Assembly: GCA_012862495.1 (NCBI GenBank)
Contig: BLSG01000249.1
Coordinates: 53,353 to 108,085, forward strand
Origin: Thraustochytrium aureum
Taxonomy: Eukaryota
Direction: 5' to 3'
DNA length: 54,733 bases
Part shown: positions 23,223 to 34,542 of the stretch, piece after piece
How the letters are laid out: the number at the start of each line of letters is the position of its first letter
Position numbering within the stretch: the stretch's first letter is position 1
Made by a program: the position numbers and the translations under genes
The notes under the pieces: generated by a model
What the model was told of the DNA's origin: nothing
The model's database searches: none
Seen by the model: only the letters and a program-made list of their open reading frames with translations

Positions 23223-24593
23223 GGCGAGGAGGAGGACGACGAGGAGGACGAGACGAGCGGCACGGGCAAGTTTTTGGCTGGGGATGATGGCGACGGCGAT
23301 TCGTCGGACTCGATGGCGACCAGCGACGCGCCGTCTGATAGCGAGGCTGAGCCCTGGGTGACGTGGTTTTGCTCGCTCAAGGGCAACGAGTTTTTCTGCG
23401 AAGTGGACGTCGACTACATAGACGAGGCCTTCAACCTGCATGGGCTCGCCGATAAGGTGCCATACTACGGCGAGGCGCTGGACATCCTCACGGATGTGGA
23501 CGACCTCGACGCGGAGTTCCCGCCCGACTCTGAGGAGCGGCAAGAGATAGAGCGCAGCTCGGAAGTTCTGTACGGCATGATCCACGCGCGATTCATTCTC
23601 ACCGCCTATGGGCTGAAGCGCATGCTCGAAAAGTTCCTGGACCGCGACTTTGGCGAGTGCTTGCGTATAGACTGCGAGAGGCAGCCGCTGCTGCCCATGG
23701 GGCTCAGCGACCGCCCTGGCGAGGCCACCGTCAAGACGTTCTGCTGCAAGTGCCGCGAGATCTACCTGCCACCAAAAGACCGCCACCGCGCGATTGACGG
23801 CTGCTACTGGGGCAAGACGTTCACGCACTTGTTTCTGATGACGTACCCGCAGGACACGCGCTGCGAGGCCGCGTTTCCCACCTTTGTGCCTACCATCTAC
23901 GGGTACAGGATACACCGGACCTCGCCGTACTGGCGCTTTGTTTCGCCCGATCACCTACCTGGCGGCGCAAGACCCCCGGTTACAACCACGCCGCGGTTCC
24001 CGCCGCCGATCCCAGGCCAAGTGGCGGACGGCGGGCGCCTCGGGGGAGGGGGCTCTGGCTGTGGCTTTGGCGCTGCTGCGGGCCTCGATCGCGAGGCCGA
24101 GGGCGCGACGGCAGCGGAGGAGGACGAGGATGACGAGGAGATCGACCAGGCCGACCTCGGCCCGCAGTCGATGATCGAGGTCGTCAATGGGCTTTTGCAA
24201 GCCGCGCCTGGCGCAGAAGCGACGAGCGAACGCATCAAGGACTCGCCGCCCACCACGCCGCCCTTCGAGGTGCCGACGGTGTCTGCGAGGGACGTTCTCG
24301 CGCAGCAGGCCAAGCTAGATGACCTCGGGCGCAGGGTGGGGGCCAGCGGGGCCTCGTCGATTGCGGGCCTCGGGTCTGACGCCGGGGCCGAGTTTGCCGC
24401 ACAGGAGGAAAAGCTGCAAGACATGAAGAGTACCCTGATCAACGCGGTGGACGCGGGGATCATCTCCCCCTCGCCGTCCGTGATGGAGGCCGTTGAAGGC
24501 GAAGTCGGTGCGGAGGAGCTGATGGGGCGTGGTGCCGAGCTCGCCCCAGCGATGCCGCCCGGCGCCCCGTTCGAATCCAAGCACAGGCATTAG
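23223..24593 (+). CDS. CKB: Casein kinase II regulatory (beta) subunit with long C-terminal extension; 5' end may lie in the gap
   Basis: WVTWFCSLKGNEFFCEVDVDYIDEAFNL.GL...VPYY..ALD, LYGMIHARFILT..GL, FGEC.RI.C..QPLLPMGLSD, C.KC.EIY.P, IDG.Y.G.TF.HLFLMTYP. Confidence 0.95.
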   Translation, partial: GEEEDDEEDETSGTGKFLAGDDGDGDSSDSMATSDAPSDSEAEPWVTWFCSLKGNEFFCEVDVDYIDEAFNLHGLADKVPYYGEALDILTDVDDLDAEFPPDSEERQEIERSSEVLYGMIHARFILTAYGLKRMLEKFLDRDFGECLRIDCERQPLLPMGLSDRPGEATVKTFCCKCREIYLPPKDRHRAIDGCYWGKTFTHLFLMTYPQDTRCEAAFPTFVPTIYGYRIHRTSPYWRFVSPDHLPGGARPPVTTTPRFPPPIPGQVADGGRLGGGGSGCGFGAAAGLDREAEGATAAEEDEDDEEIDQADLGPQSMIEVVNGLLQAAPGAEATSERIKDSPPTTPPFEVPTVSARDVLAQQAKLDDLGRRVGASGASSIAGLGSDAGAEFAAQEEKLQDMKSTLINAVDAGIISPSPSVMEAVEGEVGAEELMGRGAELAPAMPPGAPFESKHRH

Positions 24594-25505
24594 CTAGCTA
24601 GCTAGCTAGAGCAAGCCAATAGAGCTATTGAGAAGGGCCGGGCCGGCACCGTTTGACTTGCAACGCGACCCTGGTAGCAAGAGCGAGGCTCTGTTTCCAA
24701 CAGCGACCCGCTTACGGGTCCGCTCTCCGGCCACTCCAGTCACTACCCAGCGGCCCCTAGCGGCGGCCTCGAGCGGGAGCCGGGCGGCTCGCGAGGCGGC
24801 CCGNNNNNNNNNNNNNNNNNNNNNNNNNNNNNNNNNNNNNNNNNNNNNNNNNNNNNNNNNNNNNNNNNNNNNNNNNNNNNNNNNNNNNNNNNNNNNNNNN
24901 NNNNNNNNNNNNNNNNNNNNNNNNNNNNNNNNNNNNNNNNNNNNNNNNNNNNNNNNNNNNNNNNNNNNNNNNNNNNNNNNNNNNNNNNNNNNNNNNNNNN
25001 NNNNNNNNNNNNNNNNNNNNNNNNNNNNNNNNNNNNNNNNNNNNNNNNNNNNNNNNNNNNNNNNNNNNNNNNNNNNNNNNNNNNNNNNNNNNNNNNNNNN
25101 NNNNNNNNNNNNNNNNNNNNNNNNNNNNNNNNNNNNNNNNNNNNNNNNNNNNNNNNNNNNNNNNNNNNNNNNNNNNNNNNNNNNNNNNNNNNNNNNNNNN
25201 NNNNNNNNNNNNNNNNNNNNNNNNNNNNNNNNNNNNNNNNNNNNNNNNNNNNNNNNNNNNNNNNNNNNNNNNNNNNNNNNNNNNNNNNNNNNNNNNNNNN
25301 NNNNNNNNNNNNNNNNNNNNNNNNNNNNNNNNNNNNNNNNNNNNNNNNNNNNNNNNNNNNNNNNNNNNNNNNNNNNNNNNNNNNNNNNNNNNNNNNNNNN
25401 NNNNNNNNNNNNNNNNNNNNNNNNNNNNNNNNNNNNNNNNNNNNNNNNNNNNNNNNNNNNNNNNNNNNNNNNNNNNNNNNNNNNNNNNNNNNNNNNNNNN
25501 NNNNC

Positions 25506-26967
25506 GACCTCGCGAGCAACCAGAGCGCGCATGCGGCTGCGCTTCATGTCGACCCTGTCAGCGGGCGCGAGTGGTACCGCAGCGGCGCCGCGGGCCGCGA
25601 GAGCAACCTGGACCTGGACCTGGATATCGCCTTGAGCGAGCTGAGCGAGGGCCAGGCGGGGCAAAGCGCGGCGACGCTGGCGTCGACGCTGGCGCAGGCT
25701 GGCAGCGCCGCTGGCCGCGCGGGTGGTGGCGGAAGCCGAGACCAAGGCTTGCACGTCGATGCCCAGTCTAGGGACCCGTTCGAGCCCTCCGGCGCTCAAC
25801 AAGGCGCAAGTGTTGAGCGCGCCGCGGCAGGGAGGTACGCTGTCGTGTTGTGCGTCCCGCAGGCCCTGTCGCTTCGGGGGGACCCTGGGCTCGACGACGT
25901 GAGGTCACACATTTTGCTTCCCATAGAGGAGTCAACGGGCTCGTTTCGCACTCTCGACGGCCACCGCGTCGCCTTCAAGGGCAACAAGATCCTGGTCGGC
26001 AGCTCAGATGGGTTTGCCAAAGTGTGGCCGCCGTGGCGACCGCGTTCCGTTCACATCATGTGCACGGAGGATGTCAAGACGGACTCTGGCGCCGAAACCA
26101 GAGACGCGGCTGTGCGCGTGCTGCATATTGACCGCCCGTTGCGGGGCGGGTGTCGCTCCTCGTGCACGCTTGAGGGCATGGACCTTGAGCAGGTCAAGCG
26201 GTATGTCTGCCTGCTTCGCGCCCTTCCTGAGCACGACGCGCTCTTCGAAGAGCTGGACGATATAGCGCGCTTCGTCTCGCGTTGCGCGGAGGCGGCGCAC
26301 GAGCGCGAGCTCGGGGCGCACCCTGTCGCGCCATCAGAGGAGTTTCTTGTGCAGCTCGCCAAAATAGTGCGCCACTGCGTCAAGACCACTGCAGCCACGT
26401 TGGTCCGCGGGTCGGAGGTCTTTGCGGGGCTCATGCCCGTGTCCGCCCTGGGCTCCGCCCCAGCGTGCTGGCCGTGCCGCACAGATGGCGCCGCGGGAGG
26501 CGCCGGGCTCGATTCGCAAGTCCGCCGCCACAGCGTCCAGCTCGAGCAGGTCGTCGAAGGCTACCTCTTGCTGCAAGCGTACGACCCGGTGCTCGCCGAG
26601 GTCCGTGCGGTGTTTGCGCCTCGTGACGAGGCGTTCAACCGCGCGGCTGCGAGTTTGCGGCGGACGAGGTTTTCGCAGCAAGACCTCGGCATGCGGGCAG
26701 AGTTTCAGTGCGCGCAGGATGCAGCCGTCCTTGAGCTGTCCCGGCTCGGCGGCTTCGAAACACCGCTTTCTAAGCTGATCTGTCTCGCTCGCGTGGTCGA
26801 CCAGGTGAACTCGGCGGTCGAAGACAACTTGGCGCGCCACTTGACGCGGTCCGAGCTGCCCTCGTTTCAGCTCACCGCGGATGACCTGCTGGACCAGCTC
26901 ATCTTCGTGGTTGTGTGGGCAAACGCTGCGGGCATTCGCGATATCGTCTCGCAAATCGAGTTTGTGC
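25506..26967 (+). CDS. VARP/ANKRD27-like N-terminal domain plus VPS9 Rab GEF domain; open into gaps at both ends
   Basis: VLCVPQ..SL...SHILLP...FRTLDG..V..KGNKI...GF...V.I...E...VLHIDRPL resembles the VARP N-terminus. AVLELSRL...TPLSKLICL...LTADDLLDQLIFVVV is a VPS9 core. Confidence 0.8.
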
Positions 26968-27865
26968 NNNNNNNNNNNNNNNNNNNNNNNNNNNNNNNNN
27001 NNNNNNNNNNNNNNNNNNNNNNNNNNNNNNNNNNNNNNNNNNNNNNNNNNNNNNNNNNNNNNNNNNNNNNNNNNNNNNNNNNNNNNNNNNNNNNNNNNNN
27101 NNNNNNNNNNNNNNNNNNNNNNNNNNNNNNNNNNNNNNNNNNNNNNNNNNNNNNNNNNNNNNNNNNNNNNNNNNNNNNNNNNNNNNNNNNNNNNNNNNNN
27201 NNNNNNNNNNNNNNNNNNNNNNNNNNNNNNNNNNNNNNNNNNNNNNNNNNNNNNNNNNNNNNNNNNNNNNNNNNNNNNNNNNNNNNNNNNNNNNNNNNNN
27301 NNNNNNNNNNNNNNNNNNNNNNNNNNNNNNNNNNNNNNNNNNNNNNNNNNNNNNNNNNNNNNNNNNNNNNNNNNNNNNNNNNNNNNNNNNNNNNNNNNNN
27401 NNNNNNNNNNNNNNNNNNNNNNNNNNNNNNNNNNNNNNNNNNNNNNNNNNNNNNNNNNNNNNNNNNNNNNNNNNNNNNNNNNNNNNNNNNNNNNNNNNNN
27501 NNNNNNNNNNNNNNNNNNNNNNNNNNNNNNNNNNNNNNNNNNNNNNNNNNNNNNNNNNNNNNNNNNNNNNNNNNNNNNNNNNNNNNNNNNNNNNNNNNNN
27601 NNNNNNNNNNNNNNNNNNNNNNNNNNNNNNNNNNNNNNNNNNNNNNNNNNNNNNNNNNNNNNNNNNNNNNNNNNNNNNNNNNNNNNNNNNNNNNNNNNNN
27701 NNNNNNNNNNNNNNNNNNNNNNNNNNNNNNNNNNNNNNNNNNNNNNNNNNNNNNNNNNNNNNNNNNNNNNNNNNNNNNNNNNNNNNNNNNNNNNNNNNNN
27801 NNNNNNNNNNNNNNNNNNNNNNNNNNNNNNNNNNNNNNNNNNNNNNNNNNNNNNNNNNNNNNNNN

Positions 27866-28665
27866 ACACGCTCGTCGCGACAGAGCGCACCGTGTACAGC
27901 TTTGGGTGCGGGCGCGACGGCCGCCTCGGCCTCGGCTCGTTGTGCGACGTCGTCGTGCCGACGCCTCTCTGCGCTTCGCTGTTTGAGCAAGACCCGCCTC
28001 GCCAAGTTGCGGCGGGCTACGCGCACTCTGCTGTGCTGACCGCACGGGGCCGCGTCTTTATGTTTGGAAGCGGGGCGGTGGGCCAACTTGGCCTTGGGAG
28101 GGCGCTGCTTGACGACCGCGTGAGCCCGTCGCGCGTGGAGGGCCCCGCCACGGACGACGTGGGCTTGTCTGCCGCAACCGGGGCCCCGAGCCCACGGTCG
28201 CTTATGAAGTCGCTGCGGATCTTCCTGCCCCTCGGCGAGGGCGCCTCCGAGGACGGAGCGGGCGGGGCGCGCGGGAGGGCGCCGAGCGGTGGGATTGTGC
28301 AAATGGCGCAGCTGGAGACCCCGCGTCGCCGGCAAAGCGAACATCGGCTTTCGGACCTGGGGTGCGGCGACGGCTTCCTGCGCAGCGCCACAGGAGGCAC
28401 GGTTTGCCTCGTCCCAAAGCTGGTGACCGAGCTTGAGGGCGAAACGGTAGCGCACATTGACTGCGGCAAGTATCATACTGCAGCGGTGACGACGGAACGG
28501 CGAGTGCTGCTCTGGGGCCTTGACGAGAAAAACGGGGTCGTCTTGGCAGACCCTGTTGGGCTCGACCACGTTGCACGCGCAGCGGAGCGCGTCGTGTGCG
28601 GTTGCGGAAGCACCTTGATTTGCTTCGGCCAAGACCACCTTGCAACCCTCGAAGACAGCTTGTAG
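27866..28665 (+). CDS. RCC1/BLIP-II repeats (C-terminal part of a gene, probably the VPS9 gene upstream)
   Basis: HTL..VYSFGCGRDGRLGLG, QVAAGYAHSAVLTARGRVFMFGSGAVGQLGLG, VPKLVTELEG..VAHIDCGKYHTAAVT..VLLWG. Confidence 0.88.
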
Positions 28666-29054
28666 CACACGCTCAAGGCCGCCGCTTCCCGCAAGAAGGA
28701 GCTGAAGGCGTCTTGCGCACGCTACAAGCAGCCGCCGCCTGTGGGGCCTTGGCCTGGTGGAGGGCGAGGCGGCTCGCGCGCAGCACTAGGGATGAGATCC
28801 GCGCAGCGCCAATGTGCCTGCGAGCTGGCGTCGTACAGGGCCTGATGGGTGGCGAGGCTTCTAGCACGTATCTGCACAGTTGCTCTGCGAACGCAAAGCA
28901 CGAAAGATTCCCGGCGCAAAGCGTTCTCTAGTAGAGCTTGGTAGACTTGTTTTCGTTCGTCTTTCTTCTGATGGTAGCTAGCAAAAAACAGTAATGTACC
29001 CGTTGGTACTCGGGTGCAAGCCGAGCCCCCGCCCCCCCGCATTGCGTGCGCGAG

Positions 29055-30359
29055 TCATTCGTGCCACGGCTGCAGGAGCGTGTACCTCTCCGACCTCTTC
29101 GACTTGCGGCCGAGGCGGCGGGTCTCCATGACCGTCCCGTCTTCCGAAACGTAGCTTACTGTTCCAGCCTCGACTGCTTCAAGCTCGAGGTCAAACGCGA
29201 TTACATACTCGTGCCGGGCAGCGCCACCGTAGAGCGCTGGGGTCCAGTCCAGCGCACCGGTGAAAGTGCGCGTGGCCTCGTCGAAGCTCGCGTTCTGGAA
29301 AACTTTGCGCAAAGGCAGCGGAGCGCCGTCCCCGAGCTTTTGGTCCGCGTCTACGGCCGAAAAACTTACGTACGAACCGGTGCGGTCGACGAAGTGCAAT
29401 GATGCCGAGCCGACGGTAGTGCTCGACAGATTCCTCATGTCGGCAACGAGGCGCTCGATGAGCTCGCGGTCGAAATTTATGCACCAGGCAAGGCACGAGA
29501 ACAGGCAAACGCGTGCACGAGAGAGCTTGGGCGGTCGAATGTATGTGTTGCCCCAGATGTCCTGCTTCAGTCGTCGGTATCGCATCTGCGAGTTGTCAAA
29601 CGTATCTTCTTGGACTGTGCTGTTGCCGTTACTGCGCCGCACGTGGCCGTGCTCGACGACTTCAAAGTCCTCGGAGAATCGCAGTTCGTAGTCCCAGCGC
29701 GACCCGCCGAACTGCCGCGGGGCCCAGATGATTGCCCCGGTAAATATGCGAGACTCGGGGTCGTAGTTGGCGGACTCAAAGTACTGCTTTGCGGGAGGCG
29801 GCTTGCCGTCGCTCATCCTCCACGTCCTCGGGATCACAGCTGCGTCGTGATGCAAAAACGACCCCTGCTCGCTGAAGTGCAAGCTTCCCATTCCGATTTT
29901 GCCCAGCGTCACGTAGACCTCGCCCATAATAGTTGTGCAATCTTTGCGCCCGAGCGGCTGCCCATCGGCTTTGCTGGTCACCGTGCCTTTGCTAACAGGG
30001 GCGCGACACAACGGGCAGGCCCTGCTTTTGCGTAGACTCTGCTCGAGGCACTCGCGGCAGAACTCGTGCGCGCAGGGGGTCACGAACGGGTTCTCCAGCT
30101 CGCCGAGGCAGACTGAGCACACATCCTCTCCCCTGCCCCTCGTGCGCGGTCTCTGCAATGAGCTCGCCGCCAGACCCAGCGCCCAGGTAGGCTGGCATCG
30201 GCCGCGCACCGCCCTGCCAAGCCATGAGCAGGCCCCTTGCCCGGTGGTTTCCGACGCCAGCAGCCTCCGCCGCGCCGCTCGAGAGCCAACCAAAGAACGA
30301 GCCGCCCCCAACCAACGAACGAGCCGCCCCAGCCGCCTCGCGCCCGCCGAGCGGCTCAC
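29055..30359 (-). CDS. C3HC4 RING-finger protein with two copies of an uncharacterised beta-rich domain; true start uncertain
   Basis: CSVCLGELENPFVTPCAHEFCRECL...CPLCR, followed by a duplicated G.gSLHF...GSf....DG.P.P....F..A.yD...R.FTGA..W.P..fGG..(W/H)(D/E)Y...F..D motif. Confidence 0.85.
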   Translation of the reverse strand: MSRSAGARRLGRLVRWLGAARSLVGSRAARRRLLASETTGQGACSWLGRAVRGRCQPTWALGLAASSLQRPRTRGRGEDVCSVCLGELENPFVTPCAHEFCRECLEQSLRKSRACPLCRAPVSKGTVTSKADGQPLGRKDCTTIMGEVYVTLGKIGMGSLHFSEQGSFLHHDAAVIPRTWRMSDGKPPPAKQYFESANYDPESRIFTGAIIWAPRQFGGSRWDYELRFSEDFEVVEHGHVRRSNGNSTVQEDTFDNSQMRYRRLKQDIWGNTYIRPPKLSRARVCLFSCLAWCINFDRELIERLVADMRNLSSTTVGSASLHFVDRTGSYVSFSAVDADQKLGDGAPLPLRKVFQNASFDEATRTFTGALDWTPALYGGAARHEYVIAFDLELEAVEAGTVSYVSEDGTVMETRRLGRKSKRSERYTLLQPWHE

Positions 30360-31313
30360 GCGTGGAGGCCAGCGCGTCGCTCTTCGGGGTCCAGGATGCG
30401 GTCAAAGTCCAGCTGGTCAAACTGATGAGACGCTTCGCCAGCTTCGCCAGCCCGCGAGGCACGCGCGCACCCGCACAGCGCAGCGCAGCGCGTCTCCCTG
30501 CGCGCGAAAGCAGCAGCCTGCCACGCTCTGCCGCGGCTCGGACGAGCGGCCGAGCGCACAATGGAATGGTGGAAGCCAGGTGCACGGACGCACACACACA
30601 CTGTCAAGGATGGTCGCCGCGCGACGTCGATGATCCTCGGCCGATGGCGGCAGTGCGCGAACGGCAGAGGACGCTGGAGTGCGGCGCTTGGGCTCGCGGT
30701 CCAACGAAAGCGCCGCCGCGCAGCGCCTGTGCGTGGAATTGACTACGCGGGCTGTGCCTGACGCAGCTGCGGCGGACGCCAAGGGCACAGACGAGNNNNN
30801 NNNNNNNNNNNNNNNNNNNNNNNNNNNNNNNNNNNNNNNNNNNNNNNNNNNNNNNNNNNNNNNNNNNNNNNNNNNNNNNNNNNNNNNNNNNNNNNNNNNN
30901 NNNNNNNNNNNNNNNNNNNNNNNNNNNNNNNNNNNNNNNNNNNNNNNNNNNNNNNNNNNNNNNNNNNNNNNNNNNNNNNNNNNNNNNNNNNNNNNNNNNN
31001 NNNNNNNNNNNNNNNNNNNNNNNNNNNNNNNNNNNNNNNNNNNNNNNNNNNNNNNNNNNNNNNNNNNNNNNNNNNNNNNNNNNNNNNNNNNNNNNNNNNN
31101 NNNNNNNNNNNNNNNNNNNNNNNNNNNNNNNNNNNNNNNNNNNNNNNNNNNNNNNNNNNNNNNNNNNNNNNNNNNNNNNNNNNNNNNNNNNNNNNNNNNN
31201 NNNNNNNNNNNNNNNNNNNNNNNNNNNNNNNNNNNNNNNNNNNNNNNNNNNNNNNNNNNNNNNNNNNNNNNNNNNNNNNNNNNNNNNNNNNNNNNNNNNN
31301 NNNNNNNNNNNNN

Positions 31314-31630
31314 GACAGCCTGCGGTGCGAGGTTGCGCACAAGGGCGTGCGCGTCAACATCGTTTGCCCTGGCTACGTGCGCACTGAGCTCTCGCTGCAC
31401 GCGCTCACAAGGACGCCGGCTCGACGAACGGCAAGATGGACGCCGCCACGGCGGCCGGGTTCTCCCCAGAGTTTTTCGCCAACAAGGCCCTTCGCGGCAT
31501 CTATGCGAACAACCGGTACACCGTGGTGGCGCAGCGCTCGGCCGTCTTTGCGCTCTGGCTCAATCGCTACTTGCCGTCGGTTCTCGCGCGCATTCTGCAG
31601 GGGCGCGGCCGCAAGCTCGATCGCGCCTGA
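31314..31630 (+). CDS. C-terminal part of a short-chain dehydrogenase/reductase (DHRS7B-like); rest in gap; frameshift near 31410
   Basis: DSLRCEVAHKGVRVNIVCPGYVRTELSLHALT, then GKMDAATAAGFSPEFFANKALRGI...LNRYLPSVL. Confidence 0.8.
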
Positions 31631-32142
31631 CGGAGGCAAGCACCCCCGCGCTGCCGCTGGATGCTACTCATCGTGGTCCCGAGCCTGTCTGGCCTGGTAC
31701 GCCCTTGATCTTGATTGAACTCTATCCACTGCACAACTTGGTATGCGAAGCTTCCGGTAAGTTCTCGAGCGCTCTAGAGGTCGAGCCCCTCGAGTTGCCG
31801 CCCCAACAGGTCGACGCCCTCGCGTAGACCTCGACGTTCACGAAAACATTGATTGAAAAGTGCAAACATCTTCAGTCCTTCGAGCTGATTCAGGCACTGC
31901 CTTTTCCTTTTCGCGAGCGCGGCAGTCACTGCGCTGGCCTCGCCACTGGCGTGGCCCGGCTGTGGCGTCCGGTCCGGGCTCACAACCACCTAGTCGCTAG
32001 ACTTGGCTCGACCTCCTACTTCCCCCACAGCGCCCCAAACCAAGCGGTCGGGCTTGAGCTGCTGAGTCAATCTCGCGGGCACGGCGCGCTCGACTGGGTT
32101 CGTCGCGGCCCCGAGCGCTTCGTCGCTGGCGGCCCGCTGGCG

Positions 32143-33860
32143 ATGGAGCGCTGGCTCAAGCGCTCGGTCTCTGACGATGCGGCTTCCAAGGGGCTCAAGC
32201 GCCCGAGGGCTTCGACGGCCCGCGGCGCGGCGGCGCCCGCGAGCAGGGCGCCAGCGCCACCTGTCGACTGCCCTTTGTGCGGGCGCGCCGTGCTGGCATC
32301 GGTCATAGAACTTCACGCGGCGGGGTGCGAAGGCAAGGAGGCGGCGGCGGCGCCGTTCGTGTCGACGCGCACGAGACGGAGGCCTCAAGCCGGCGGGAGG
32401 GCCGGCAGCCTCAATTGTCAAACCAGCCAGTGGCTGTGAAAGCAGCGAGGCTCGCGATGCTGCCGTAGCGACAGGGCAGGACAACGGTGACGGCTCTGCT
32501 GCCGAAGCCCGGGACAACGAACCCCTTGAGGCGTCAAGCGCGTCCGCCGATCAACTTCCGGCCTCAAGCCCGCCCGCCGAGCAGTTTGCGACGTCCGGCG
32601 AGCCGTCCCCAGCCGCAAACTCGCCCGACGAGCCGGCCCCAGCGGCGAANNNNNNNNNNNNNNNNNNNNNNNNNNNNNNNNNNNNNNNNNNNNNNNNNNN
32701 NNNNNNNNNNNNNNNNNNNNNNNNNNNNNNNNNNNNNNNNNNNNNNNNNNNNNNNNNNNNNNNNNNNNNNNNNNNNNNNNNNNNNNNNNNNNNNNNNNNN
32801 NNNCTCGCCGACCAAGCCCAACGCGTTCGACATGCTCGCCAAATCTGCCGCGGCACGCCCCAGGCCAGAGATATTCATGCTTGATCGCTCGCTCCGCGCG
32901 ACATGGGTCGTCCACGGCGAGCCGGCCTTTGAGACGTACCGAGAACAGGCCAAGGCAGCGCCCTGGGCGTGGAAAGTGACGACGCCAATGCACAAGGCGA
33001 CCCCGTTCGACTCGGCTAGCGAAGGGCGGCGCGCGTATTTTCGCGGGCGGGCAGTGGCAGTGGTGAGCCAGACCCCGCAGATTCCGCTCGACCAGTTCGG
33101 GGCGGCTGCGGCGCGCGCGGCGTGCTCCTCGCCGCTCTTTGCAAGGGCTCTCGAGCCATTTGCGGCGAGCTGGTCTCGCGGGCTCGGTGCGAGCGGGCTT
33201 TCGGTGGGCGTACTCAAGTCGGTTCTGCAGAAATCCGTGCGGCGCGGGCAGGCCTGCGCGGCGGTGTTTTGCGCTGTGGAGCTGCTCCTCAAAGACAAGG
33301 TGGAGTTTTTCCGTCGACTGCCGATCATCGTCGTCGAGGACTCGATCCTTCACCCAGAGCAAGGGTTCTTGACATGGCTCATGGTGGCGACCTACAAAGG
33401 CTTTGTGCCGGGCTTCGGGATGTTGCGCAAGTGCATCGGCGTTGTTGTGCAGGTCGCGCTGGCCAAGACGGCGGACGTGATCGGGTTCGGGGCCGCCGAG
33501 GACCGCCCTGTTGACGTGGCAGCACTGGAGCGCGAGCTGTGCAGGCCGCAAGACCGGCTCGGGCTTGTTGGACGCACGCTGGTGCGAGCGCTGCTGTGCC
33601 GCGCGGCCTTTGGCGGCATGGGGGGCGACAAGCGCATGCTGCTGCGGCACGCGTCGCGCTGGGCGGAAAGGATGGCAGACCCTCAAGGCGGCGACGGCGC
33701 TCAGTGGGCAGCCGCCCTCGCCACGCTTCACGAGGAGGGCTGCGCTCCGCTCCAGCCGCAGCAAGCGGTCGAGCTGCCGCTCGCAGGAATCGACTTTCAC
33801 TGCTGCCCGTGGTTGCTGGATGCCGTCGAGGCGGAGCAGCCGAACGTCCTTGCTGACCTC
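32143..33860 (+). CDS. UBZ4 (Rad18-type) zinc finger plus MgsA/WRNIP1-C-terminal-like helical domain; 3' end in gap
   Basis: VDCPLCGRAVLASVIELHAAGC (CCHC). LSVGVLKSVLQKSVRRG...FFRRLPIIVVEDS recalls MgsA 'ISAL.KS.R...ARRL...ASED'. Joining across frameshifts and a gap is inferred. Confidence 0.65.
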
Positions 33861-34542
33861 NNNNNNNNNNNNNNNNNNNNNNNNNNNNNNNNNNNNNNNN
33901 NNNNNNNNNNNNNNNNNNNNNNNNNNNNNNNNNNNNNNNNNNNNNNNNNNNNNNNNNNNNNNNNNNNNNNNNNNNNNNNNNNNNNNNNNNNNNNNNNNNN
34001 NNNNNNNNNNNNNNNNNNNNNNNNNNNNNNNNNNNNNNNNNNNNNNNNNNNNNNNNNNNNNNNNNNNNNNNNNNNNNNNNNNNNNNNNNNNNNNNNNNNN
34101 NNNNNNNNNNNNNNNNNNNNNNNNNNNNNNNNNNNNNNNNNNNNNNNNNNNNNNNNNNNNNNNNNNNNNNNNNNNNNNNNNNNNNNNNNNNNNNNNNNNN
34201 NNNNNNNNNNNNNNNNNNNNNNNNNNNNNNNNNNNNNNNNNNNNNNNNNNNNNNNNNNNNNNNNNNNNNNNNNNNNNNNNNNNNNNNNNNNNNNNNNNNN
34301 NNNNNNNNNNNNNNNNNNNNNNNNNNNNNNNNNNNNNNNNNNNNNNNNNNNNNNNNNNNNNNNNNNNNNNNNNNNNNNNNNNNNNNNNNNNNNNNNNNNN
34401 NNNNNNNNNNNNNNNNNNNNNNNNNNNNNNNNNNNNNNNNNNNNNNNNNNNNNNNNNNNNNNNNNNNNNNNNNNNNNNNNNNNNNNNNNNNNNNNNNNNN
34501 CTCTGCTGCTGCTCTGCTCGCTGCAAGACGGACCACAGGATG

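Noticed and set aside
21705..24593. 962-aa ORF and other very long ORFs spanning N runs
   Set aside because: Artefacts of translating through gaps. The 5' part here is the antisense strand of TLK.
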